Positions 1-6,829 of a stretch of DNA of 58,659 bases are shown in pieces (the stretch's first letter is position 1; each line of letters begins with the position of its first letter). Under the pieces are notes generated by a model that made no database searches, was not told where the DNA came from, and saw nothing but the letters and a program-made list of their open reading frames with translations. This DNA comes from a virus: positions 1-58,659 of IMG/VR virus record IMGVR_UViG_3300006864_000001; one strand, 5' to 3'. A program made the position numbers and the translations under genes.

Positions 1-123
1 GCATTCTCAACGTCCTCATACTCACCCAGATTGTTCCAGCTGTCCACCTCCGGAAATATCGCTAGCAGTCTTGCCTCGGCCTGCCAGTCACCACTATCCC
101 GCTTCTTTGCTGTAGTGATGACA
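1..123. repeat. Direct terminal repeat copy 1 (assembly circularisation overlap or terminal redundancy)
   Basis: nt 1-123 recur verbatim at 58537-58659. Confidence 0.95.
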
Positions 124-263
124 ATCAAGCGCTCTACGGTTTCGTTGTCATTGTAGTAACTCAAGGCGGTAAACGTCTTCCCAGTTCCGACACCTCCTTT
201 GAGAATGCAGCCGTTGCGCATCTCACCGACTGCTTGTTTCTGGTGCGGCATGAGCTCGATCAT
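1..263 (-). CDS. SF2 (SNF2/DEAD-like) helicase, 5' part; continues through the circular junction into 57669..58536
   Basis: Minus-strand translation from ATG at 263: MIELMPHQKQAVGEMRNGCILKGGVGTGKTFTAL (Walker A). The frame is open to nt 1 and joins the ORF at the window end via the repeat (376 aa in total). Confidence 0.8.
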   Translation of the reverse strand, partial: MIELMPHQKQAVGEMRNGCILKGGVGTGKTFTALSYYNDNETVERLIVITTAKKRDSGDWQAEARLLAIFPEVDSWNNLGEYEDVEN

Positions 264-532
264 GGATCTAGTTTCATCATGGTTGACGCTGTGACGTGAA
301 ACTTATCTATAAGTCGACCGGCATCGACCTGAAGTATCATGTCTAGAGTAGCCAGGAACGATATATACGCCTCTTCACTCAAGTCTTCGGGACCAAGATA
401 AACTTCGTTTTTCCCGGTGTGTGTTTGGGTGATCAGAAGGAGTTCTTCAGATTCTTTGTGAATATCGATCGACCACTTAGCTGAGCTCCTGATCTTCGCG
501 AAAAACTCATCTTTGTCTAGGCGTTTTGGCAT
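260..532 (-). CDS. Small hypothetical protein, member of the ~80-aa EEFL-motif paralogue family
   Basis: 90-aa ORF. KDEFFAKI near the N-terminus and EVYLGPEDL..YISFL are shared with 517..753, 1383..1625 and 2832..3092. Its stop overlaps the helicase ATG (ATGA). Confidence 0.6.
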   Translation of the reverse strand: MPKRLDKDEFFAKIRSSAKWSIDIHKESEELLLITQTHTGKNEVYLGPEDLSEEAYISFLATLDMILQVDAGRLIDKFHVTASTMMKLDP

Positions 533-753
533 GCGCTCAGGAACTCCAGGTAACTAACCGGATCCGTTTCGGTTGGGTTTGGGCCGTAATAAGTTGTCGT
601 TTCGAGATCCCCGTCATCAAGAGTTACAAGTTTAGGCTCCAATCTCATGAAGTCCATCTTAATCTCGAATATCGGCTTTTTAAGCTCGAACGCAGAAGTA
701 GGCTCTATTCTGTTGAGAAACTCTTCGGCGGTTAGCCTCCGTAGCTCCACCAC
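517..753 (-). CDS. Small hypothetical protein, EEFL-motif paralogue
   Basis: 78-aa ORF with RLTAEEFLNRIEP and TYYGPNPTE..SYLEFL. Confidence 0.6.
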   Translation of the reverse strand: MVELRRLTAEEFLNRIEPTSAFELKKPIFEIKMDFMRLEPKLVTLDDGDLETTTYYGPNPTETDPVSYLEFLSACQNA

Positions 754-962
754 TGCACCTTCTTAAGCCAAGATGGTGGCAACATGGCGAACTGATTGAC
801 CTGTATCACAAACGCTAGGCCGTCCTCTTCGCTCATGTCACGGATCTTCGGTGAAACATAGATCGCCATATCAAACAAGCGATAGACATGCAGCTCGTAA
901 CGGCTGCGAGTGAAATCCTCGATGAGAATGCAGAATCCCTCTGGCTCCCAAATCTTCCGCAC
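732..962 (-). CDS. Hypothetical protein
   Basis: 76-aa ORF in the co-directional gene array; short overlaps with both neighbours. Confidence 0.5.
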   Translation of the reverse strand: MRKIWEPEGFCILIEDFTRSRYELHVYRLFDMAIYVSPKIRDMSEEDGLAFVIQVNQFAMLPPSWLKKVQWWSYGG

Positions 963-976
963 GAATGTTTCCGTGT

Positions 977-1243
977 CTACTTCTTGCTTTTCGATGCTCT
1001 CAATGCATCCATCCTTCGTTCGATGAGCCGGTTAATGTCGTCGGTTGAGTAGTTAGTAAAGTTTTCCCCTTCAAGCGCTGTGACCATGAGTAGCTTGTTA
1101 TCCGAAAGAAGCCCGTAGATCCTGTCTGTACCGCGAATCAAGAATTCGTCAGGATGTTCCTGAAGCCAGCTAAGTGTTTTAGAGAACTCCTCCTCAAACG
1201 AAGCTGGCTCGATATCGAACGGCGTGTAATGAAATTCGTCCAT
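977..1243 (-). CDS. Hypothetical protein
   Basis: 88-aa ORF with GAGGAG RBS just upstream of the ATG; contains PDEFLIRG, so possibly a distant EEFL-family relative. Confidence 0.6.
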   Translation of the reverse strand: MDEFHYTPFDIEPASFEEEFSKTLSWLQEHPDEFLIRGTDRIYGLLSDNKLLMVTALEGENFTNYSTDDINRLIERRMDALRASKSKK

Positions 1244-1251
1244 ATTTCTCC

Positions 1252-1386
1252 TCAGTGCAGGTGCAGATCCCGAAGTAGAGACTGCAAAGCGATTAGCAGA
1301 TTGTAAATGACATTCACCGATTCTGTCGGTGCGGCTAGCAGGATCAGCACACCGGTAATGATGATCTTCGTCTTGTGTTCCCTCAT
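1252..1386 (-). CDS. Small membrane protein (44 aa)
   Basis: Read by eye: MREHKTKIIITGVLILLAAP... The ATG overlaps the stop of 1383..1625. Below the ORF-track size cut-off. Confidence 0.35.
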   Translation of the reverse strand: MREHKTKIIITGVLILLAAPTESVNVIYNLLIALQSLLRDLHLH

Positions 1387-1625
1387 GCGTTTTCCTCTTT
1401 CTTGTGATAGTCGTATCTGAGTCGTCGAAGTTTGATCATGAAGTCTATGTATTCGTCTAGTGGAACTTCATCGCAAGCTGGATGCGTGTACTCGGTAATT
1501 ACATGCGAATCCTCGTTTTCGACAGCCAGCACAAATGCCTGAGTCTGCTTGTCGGTTGCGATCGCGAACATGCCGTCGTGTTTGTACATCTCGAGGAATT
1601 CATCTAGCGAAAGTTTTTCACGCAT
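1383..1625 (-). CDS. Small hypothetical protein, EEFL-motif paralogue
   Basis: ORF 1383..1646. Start moved to MREKLSLDEFLEMY, which is preceded by GAGAGG. C-terminal PLDEYIDFM matches the family pattern. Confidence 0.6.
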   Translation of the reverse strand: MREKLSLDEFLEMYKHDGMFAIATDKQTQAFVLAVENEDSHVITEYTHPACDEVPLDEYIDFMIKLRRLRYDYHKKEENA

Positions 1626-1872
1626 TGTTCGCCTCTCGAGCCGCATTAAAAGCGCAGCACGCCTAGGTTCCAGAGATTAAAGATGATTACGATGGCGAAT
1701 ATCCACCATGATGCGCATCGTTCACACAAACACATAGTTTTTACCGCAGAAGACCCGAGTAGAATACTGCCCAGATAAGCGCCCCGACAAGACCCCATCC
1801 TATGATGTAGAATCGTATCAGCCACAGAACATTTTTGTTGTACTCGGAGATTTGCATTCTTTGATTAGCCTT

Positions 1873-2106
1873 TCATTTTGTAGCAGGACAGTCAAAGCAT
1901 TTTTGCGTAACAACTCCGTCTACTGTCTCCCTCTCGAATTTGTGATTCGTCTTTGTTTCGTCTTGCACGTGCCCGCAGTTAATGGCGTCTTTGCAGTATC
2001 TGGTTCGAGTCTGAATGCAGTTGGCGTCCTTGAAGCCCCATGCAGACCAGTTATTCCAGTCATGTCTGTGAACGGAAGGGTCGGTACCCCATGAGAAAGA
2101 CATCAA
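1873..2106 (-). CDS. Cys-rich small protein
   Basis: 77-aa ORF with several Cys/His (CIQTRTRYCKDAINCGH, CFDC). Confidence 0.5.
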   Translation of the reverse strand: MMSFSWGTDPSVHRHDWNNWSAWGFKDANCIQTRTRYCKDAINCGHVQDETKTNHKFERETVDGVVTQKCFDCPATK

Positions 2107-2312
2107 TGGCCCCCGTCTCTAAACGCGATCCCGTCGTTCCAGCCATCTTCGTACATCTGCTGCTCTTCGCGCTTGCACTGGGCCTTTATCTCCTGGATCG
2201 TATTAGCCGCTTCGAGTGACCTGTTTCTGAGCATGCGGAAGAACATATGGAATACCCCGACGTAACCGATAGCCATGATGCCGATCACGGCGAACAAGAT
2301 TTCGTCTAGCAA
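2103..2312 (-). CDS. Small membrane protein
   Basis: 69-aa ORF with an N-terminal hydrophobic helix (ILFAVIGIMAIGYVGVF); ATGA overlap with the next gene. Confidence 0.5.
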   Translation of the reverse strand: MLDEILFAVIGIMAIGYVGVFHMFFRMLRNRSLEAANTIQEIKAQCKREEQQMYEDGWNDGIAFRDGGH

Positions 2313-2325
2313 GTTAATCGCCTAT

Positions 2326-2646
2326 CTAATCGTTTTGGATAAGAAAGAACTTACCCAATCTATAGAACTTAATTTTGTAATGACCCGGTTCCGTGATCAT
2401 CTTATCTCGTTCAAGATCGTTAAGAAGCATGAAGAACGTAAGATTCTTATAACTGAAACGTCCCCAAAATCCCACGCTTCGTTTGAACGTGATTGAGTAT
2501 GGTTCACTTGAACTATCGATTGTGAACGTCTTGACTATTCGCGGTTTCTTGTCATGACTTATTCTGATCAGATAAACCACTATGATGATACTGAGGATCG
2601 TAAAAACCCCAGCATACGTATAATACATTTGTAGTTGATAGGGCAT
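2326..2646 (-). CDS. Membrane-anchored hypothetical protein
   Basis: 106-aa ORF with an N-terminal TM helix (YAGVFTILSIIIVVYLI). Confidence 0.55.
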   Translation of the reverse strand: MPYQLQMYYTYAGVFTILSIIIVVYLIRISHDKKPRIVKTFTIDSSSEPYSITFKRSVGFWGRFSYKNLTFFMLLNDLERDKMITEPGHYKIKFYRLGKFFLIQND

Positions 2647-2647
2647 G

Positions 2648-2830
2648 TCACTCCCCGTTGTTCAGCACGTCATCGACACGAGCCAGATATCCGGCATTGT
2701 ACGAGTTATTGAGTTGTTCCTGCTTAGTCTTCCGCCAGTTACACTTAGCTTTGTAGAGGGCGCAGAGCACGCCAACATTGACTACGATACACCAGACTAG
2801 AATGATCTCGTAAATTTGCACCCAATGCAT
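2648..2830 (-). CDS. Small membrane protein
   Basis: ORF 2648..2899. Start moved to MHWVQIYEIILVWCIVVNVGVL, directly after the upstream stop. Confidence 0.45.
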   Translation of the reverse strand: MHWVQIYEIILVWCIVVNVGVLCALYKAKCNWRKTKQEQLNNSYNAGYLARVDDVLNNGE

Positions 2831-2831
2831 G

Positions 2832-3092
2832 TTAAACTCCGAACGTTCCGTTTGGTGAATCTGCAGCGACCTTCTCGAGATCTTCCAGGAACATGTCATA
2901 AACTTCCGGATTTGTATGAATAGGGCTCGGACCGAGATAGCTAATCGGGTTCTCGACCTCGTGCTGAACTATGAGCTCGATCTCGTTAATTTCTGTGTTG
3001 ATGATCAGCGCCCAGTGCGGTGCCTGAGCGACCTCGTTGAGGAATTCTTCGGCCGTTAGCCGCTTCATCTTGGGATTCTTTCGCTTAACCAT
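2832..3092 (-). CDS. Small hypothetical protein, EEFL-motif paralogue
   Basis: ORF 2832..3134. Start at MVKRKNPKMKRLTAEEFLNEV (TGATG overlap with the upstream stop). Contains ISYLGPSP..VYDMFLEDL. Confidence 0.6.
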   Translation of the reverse strand: MVKRKNPKMKRLTAEEFLNEVAQAPHWALIINTEINEIELIVQHEVENPISYLGPSPIHTNPEVYDMFLEDLEKVAADSPNGTFGV

Positions 3093-3325
3093 CAGTGCGC
3101 GTGCTCCTTGGTTCGGTACAACTCGTAGTCGCAATACCTTTTGATGATGAGCATGTAGACGCCCGGCTCATCAAAGCAGCCCTGGGCTTCATAGTTTTGG
3201 ATAGCCAGGAAAATTCGCAGATTGCGAAGACGCAGAAGCTGCTTGACTGTTAGAATTTTCAGAAACTGCTCGGAAACTGACGGGTCAAGCGTTCGTATTC
3301 TGAAAGTTTGCTTGATTTGCTTCAT
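3092..3325 (-). CDS. Hypothetical protein
   Basis: 77-aa ORF in the gene array. Confidence 0.5.
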   Translation of the reverse strand: MKQIKQTFRIRTLDPSVSEQFLKILTVKQLLRLRNLRIFLAIQNYEAQGCFDEPGVYMLIIKRYCDYELYRTKEHAH

Positions 3326-3335
3326 GACGTCCTTC

Positions 3336-3599
3336 CTAAAACTCTTCGATCATTTTGTTGAATTCCTGCTCGTCCTGTTGCCGCTGAGCTTCTGTTACCT
3401 GAGGCTCAAGAATATCGATACACAGATCCAGCACCTCGACAAGGTGGGCCCGGATGATAACGACTTTCAGTTCAAGGTCTCGCCGTTTTGCATCACGACG
3501 CTGCTTAATAGCGAGAAATGCGCAGGTCATCGTCGTAGATCCAGCAAACGCCCCGGCCAAAATTAGAGCGTTTGCCTGAGTTTTTGAAAGCTTTGGCAT
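3336..3599 (-). CDS. Membrane-anchored hypothetical protein
   Basis: 87-aa ORF with an N-terminal hydrophobic segment (ALILAGAFAGSTTMTCAFLAI). Confidence 0.55.
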   Translation of the reverse strand: MPKLSKTQANALILAGAFAGSTTMTCAFLAIKQRRDAKRRDLELKVVIIRAHLVEVLDLCIDILEPQVTEAQRQQDEQEFNKMIEEF

Positions 3600-3601
3600 A
3601 C

Positions 3602-3753
3602 TTAATCCTTCGAGTCGATTGGGTTGTCCGGACGTCGCAGACCGCGAAGAGACTGCTCATCGGTGAGATATCGGCAGATCGCAGTGTTCCAGCCTTCGTT
3701 GTACGACCGAGTCTTTTCCTCAGAGATTCTCCGATCAATGAATCGATTAGCAT
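3602..3753 (-). CDS. Small gene downstream of promoter-motif copy G; reading frame ambiguous (possible -1 shift)
   Basis: RBS AAAGGAAC plus ATG (MLIDSLIGE) lies about 27 nt after TATAAT. That frame runs 95 nt into the next gene. The -1 frame gives a protein-like ISEEKTRSYNEGWNTAICRYLTDEQ...SKD and stops 2 nt before the next ATG, but has no start codon. Confidence 0.3.
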
Positions 3754-3774
3754 AAGTGTTCCTTTCGTAGGGGG

Positions 3775-3803
3775 TTCATTATAGACCATGTTTTTCACGC
3801 GAA
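3775..3803 (-). promoter_or_regulatory. Conserved promoter-like motif, copy G
   Basis: Minus strand TTCGCGTGAAAAACATGGTCTATAATGAACCCC, matching the six other copies; sits right after hairpin 3804..3835. Confidence 0.5.
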
Positions 3804-3835
3804 TTTTAAGAGCCCCAGTCAAAGGGCTCTTAAAA
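3804..3835 (-). terminator. Stem-loop immediately downstream of gene 3838..4035 (I-shaped terminator candidate)
   Basis: 12-bp perfect stem ttttaagagccc / gggctcttaaaa with an 8-nt loop; no U-tract. Confidence 0.45.
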
Positions 3836-3837
3836 CG

Positions 3838-4035
3838 TCAGCCAGCTAACTTGACCGAACCGCAGTCGTCCGCTCCCAAAATGCAGTTCTTCGGTGGCTT
3901 ACCAGTTGACTCCTCGAGCCCAGCTAGGATCCTAGCTCGTGCCAATTTGTACTGAAGAATTTGAGACACGACGAGGAGTACGCCAAAGAAAATTACTACG
4001 GAGATAAAGAACCACCAGATCATGTTCCCTCGCAA
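3838..4035 (-). CDS. Small membrane protein
   Basis: 65-aa ORF with TM helix IWWFFISVVIFFGVLLVVSQIL. Confidence 0.55.
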   Translation of the reverse strand: MRGNMIWWFFISVVIFFGVLLVVSQILQYKLARARILAGLEESTGKPPKNCILGADDCGSVKLAG

Positions 4036-4085
4036 TACATAAGAGCCGAGGGGCAGGATCCGAAGACCCCACCCCTCAAACTCAC

Positions 4086-4286
4086 CTACGTAAGGCCGCC
4101 GATACCAGAGGGCGACGCATTCCGATGGACAGTGAAACCACGCCGCTCGAGCTCCGCGAGGAACTCCTCGGCCGTGTGCTTCTCGTTCCCGAACTTCGCG
4201 AGCACATCACGTGCGTGATCCCGAGGAGACTTCTCCTTTGAGGCCATGGCTCGCTTCGGTGCTTCCTGAATTCCGTCATCATTCAT
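4086..4286 (-). CDS. Hypothetical protein
   Basis: 66-aa ORF with AGAGGAG RBS; contains HTAEEFLAELERRGFTV. Confidence 0.55.
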   Translation of the reverse strand: MNDDGIQEAPKRAMASKEKSPRDHARDVLAKFGNEKHTAEEFLAELERRGFTVHRNASPSGIGGLT

Positions 4287-4332
4287 GATCGCTCCTCTGG
4301 CTTGTATCAGTTGAGCCTGGCGTTACTTGGTA

Positions 4333-4797
4333 CTACTTGCCGGACGCGTCGGTAGATGGCGTGACCGTGCTCGCGGGGACGACGGCGATACCATGCGCGA
4401 ATAGGTGAGCGAAGAACGCCTCCGCGTTGTGCACGCCGACGCCGATCTCCTCGAACACGGTCTTCACGTGGGCCACCATCGCCGGGTCGCCCTTGACCGT
4501 GGCCACGATCTGCTCGACGCCCGCAGCCGCCTCCTCCACCGTGGTGATGGTAAGCCCGTGCTGCGACAGGTTCGAGACGATCTGCTCGGCCTCCTTGACC
4601 GTGTAACCCGCGTCTGCCATCGCGGCCTTGAGCGGGTCCGTGACGACTGGAGTCGAAGCGCCGGTCACCGTGGTGCCCTCGGGCGGGTCCGCGGGAACAC
4701 CAACCAGCGTCTGCTCGACGGGGGCCTGCGCGACGTTCGACGCCTCGAACTCCTCGACGGTCTGTGCCGGCTTCGGGACCTCAACGTTTTCGGACAT
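4333..4797 (-). CDS. Acidic hypothetical protein
   Basis: 154-aa ORF with GAGGAG RBS. Locally GC-rich and Asp/Glu-rich, with internal AEQIVSNLSQHGLTI / AEAFFAHLFAHGIAV repeats. Confidence 0.65.
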   Translation of the reverse strand: MSENVEVPKPAQTVEEFEASNVAQAPVEQTLVGVPADPPEGTTVTGASTPVVTDPLKAAMADAGYTVKEAEQIVSNLSQHGLTITTVEEAAAGVEQIVATVKGDPAMVAHVKTVFEEIGVGVHNAEAFFAHLFAHGIAVVPASTVTPSTDASGK

Positions 4798-4844
4798 GAT
4801 TACTCCTCAGCGGTAGATGATGTTAGGGACAGCTACAACGCGTA

Positions 4845-4893
4845 TCCCACTATTGCGGCGTTTACTGTTGACATTAAGCTGCTCATCTCATGG
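4845..4893. repeat. ~50-nt intergenic element, copy 1 (about 48 nt upstream of the 4797 start)
   Basis: tcccactattgcggcgtttactgttgacattaagctgctcatctcatgg, roughly 80% identical to 5336..5386. Confidence 0.6.
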
Positions 4894-5020
4894 AATATCG
4901 CTTCCGCAAGGACGATATTCTTCTGATCTAAAGCCGCGAGCCAGTAGTGGTAGACTACGGGCATAGAATATAAAGCGACTTTGACGCAGCACAGCAATAC
5001 GCTCTGAGCCTAAGGGCTAT

Positions 5021-5293
5021 TTAGACTCGCTCAGACGAGTTAGTACTGTCCTTGTCGACGATCCAGATATAATTCGGCCGCCGGTCTTCCTCGTCTCCCC
5101 AGTCCAGCACGAAATATAGCCAGATCGTGTCCTCGATCCGGATGAACCCGATCACTTCCGTTTCCGCAACATGTCGCGGATCTGTCATGTTCTCGTTCCC
5201 GAAATGCGTCTTGGGAATCATCTCAGCGAATGCGAGCCGAGCCCAGATCGGCATCTCGCTGAGCGGCTGACGATCATGCGTGGGGGAAAGCAT
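5021..5293 (-). CDS. Hypothetical protein
   Basis: 90-aa ORF with AGGAG RBS. Confidence 0.6.
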   Translation of the reverse strand: MLSPTHDRQPLSEMPIWARLAFAEMIPKTHFGNENMTDPRHVAETEVIGFIRIEDTIWLYFVLDWGDEEDRRPNYIWIVDKDSTNSSERV

Positions 5294-5335
5294 GGGACTC
5301 CTATTTGAATTGGAGGTTGCTTAGGGATATAACCA

Positions 5336-5386
5336 CTCCCACTTTGGCGGCGATTTTCCGTTCGCATTAAGCTGCTCGGCTCGTGG
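5336..5386. repeat. ~50-nt intergenic element, copy 2 (about 43 nt upstream of the 5293 start)
   Basis: ctcccactttggcggcgattttccgttcgcattaagctgctcggctcgtgg. Confidence 0.6.
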
Positions 5387-5430
5387 ACCAAGACGATTTC
5401 GCAGCACCGCCAAACGCTCAAACGAGATCG

Positions 5431-5625
5431 TTACTTGTTCTTGTAGTACTCGACTGCTTCCAGAAATTCAGGAACAGTGACCATCATCAAGCTACGGCCA
5501 AGACAGACGTCCATGCCGAATGCCTCGGGATGATCTTTCAGCCACGCCACAGTCTCTTCGCGCGTTCCGTTGAACACTGGCATCATCTTGGCGTCGAGAA
5601 CCGCATCAAAGTACAATGCCGTCAT
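5431..5625 (-). CDS. Hypothetical protein
   Basis: 64-aa ORF with GAGGAG upstream; C-terminal VPEFLEAVEYY. Confidence 0.5.
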   Translation of the reverse strand: MTALYFDAVLDAKMMPVFNGTREETVAWLKDHPEAFGMDVCLGRSLMMVTVPEFLEAVEYYKNK

Positions 5626-5869
5626 CTCCCAGAATCTCCTCGACCCACGTGAGTGCCGGCGTTTCGGTCAGAGTTCTGCCGTCGACAACTACCCATGCAT
5701 AGCGTCTTGCGGTGATAGGATTGCGCATGATTGTCTGCACAATCTCGCTAGCCTCGGCCTCACTAACGATTCGACCAGTTTGATACTTAAGACAGAAACT
5801 CCACTGGACATCTTCCGCGTTGATGACGATCTTCTTGGTCGAGAAGTTGAATGGGTTAAAGAATTTCAT
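5606..5869 (-). CDS. Hypothetical protein
   Basis: ORF 5606..5875; start moved to the second ATG (AGGAG 6 nt upstream). Confidence 0.5.
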   Translation of the reverse strand: MKFFNPFNFSTKKIVINAEDVQWSFCLKYQTGRIVSEAEASEIVQTIMRNPITARRYAWVVVDGRTLTETPALTWVEEILGDDGIVL

Positions 5870-5913
5870 GTACATCTCCTGACTAGTCGCGCTTAGGCGC
5901 TATGTGTCTGAGG

Positions 5914-6108
5914 TTACTTGTCACGAAGATAATCGTCGACAGCTTTAGCTATATCGGCGACATACCTTTTAATTCGTTTTTCTGATTCAATCCTGCGGTG
6001 GCGTTCTTTGCAGAAGTCGATGCCGAAGATCACTACTCCGAACACAAAGGCTCCTGCATAGAACGCCAGCCATGCGAGATTGGCGAATCCGGTCCCGTTA
6101 ATCCGCAT
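5914..6108 (-). CDS. Small membrane protein
   Basis: 64-aa ORF with TM helix LAWLAFYAGAFVFGVVIFGI. Confidence 0.5.
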   Translation of the reverse strand: MRINGTGFANLAWLAFYAGAFVFGVVIFGIDFCKERHRRIESEKRIKRYVADIAKAVDDYLRDK

Positions 6109-6426
6109 CTATAATTCCGGAATTACGGCACTGCATTCGCAAACGCCTAGCGTTCCGAAGAAATGCTTCTGGACATCTCCCATCTTCGGATCGTAATGAC
6201 ATCGTCCACAGAATTTCCACTGCTCGTGCATGCCGTTCCCGACGTTATGCGGAGCACTCCACAACCAGTGTTTGTCGTGCGGGCAACTATCTTGATCGAC
6301 GTTATTTGGCTTTGGGACGTTACCGCTAGGCTTGCGCGGTTTGTCTTTAACAAAGTCGTTAACCATCGGACATTCACCAGGTCTATGGGTGGTCCCGCAT
6401 CGTTCGCAGTATGATGCTCTAGCCAT
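6109..6426 (-). CDS. Zinc-ribbon-like Cys-rich protein
   Basis: 105-aa ORF with CERCG...GECP and CGRCH...CEC pairs. Confidence 0.6.
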   Translation of the reverse strand: MARASYCERCGTTHRPGECPMVNDFVKDKPRKPSGNVPKPNNVDQDSCPHDKHWLWSAPHNVGNGMHEQWKFCGRCHYDPKMGDVQKHFFGTLGVCECSAVIPEL

Positions 6427-6433
6427 GATCAGG

Positions 6434-6724
6434 TTAGAACAGTTTGTCGTTGCTGGAAAATACGTCTGATTTATAGATCTTCTTCTTGCGCATAAAGCGC
6501 TTCTTGTCTGTGACTAGGTAGTAGTGCTTACCGGCATCGGTAGAAAATGCCCTGGAGTCGCGAGAGTTCTGCCAGATGCCCTCGCCGTTCTTGTCGCCCC
6601 AAACCTCAGGCGAATGATAGATCCACTCTTTCGGCTCATCTGTGAGCGGCGTAAGCGCGCCGTATCTGAGAAGCTGCTCGATAACCGGGATCGCGACTGA
6701 CGCTGATCCTCCAGAATGACCCAT
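6434..6724 (-). CDS. Hypothetical protein; possibly the 3' part of a gene starting at 6819 and joined by a -1 frameshift
   Basis: 96-aa ORF (MGHSGGSASVAIPVIEQLLRYG...) without an RBS. ORF 6514..6819 has a strong RBS (GGGGGTAATGATG) and a helical N-terminus, but turns Arg/Ser-rich exactly where this frame opens. Confidence 0.55.
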   Translation of the reverse strand: MGHSGGSASVAIPVIEQLLRYGALTPLTDEPKEWIYHSPEVWGDKNGEGIWQNSRDSRAFSTDAGKHYYLVTDKKRFMRKKKIYKSDVFSSNDKLF

Positions 6725-6829
6725 TCTTCGAAAAGCCTTAATGACTCGAAGATATCCGTCAATCGTCTCCGGGTCTTCTCGAGTTCGATTCTGGCGTGTA
6801 CTACGAGATTGCTCATCATTACCCCCTAA

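Noticed and set aside
3505-3822. 105-aa ORF from the track
   Set aside because: Its 5' end covers the terminator hairpin and promoter-like copy G, and its 3' end runs 95 nt into 3336..3599. Only the segment downstream of the RBS at ~3753 was considered, and its frame is ambiguous.
6514-6819. 101-aa ORF treated as an independent full-length gene
   Set aside because: Only the first ~32 codons look protein-like. The rest is Arg/Ser-rich and overlaps 6434..6724. It is reported instead as a possible frameshift or indel.
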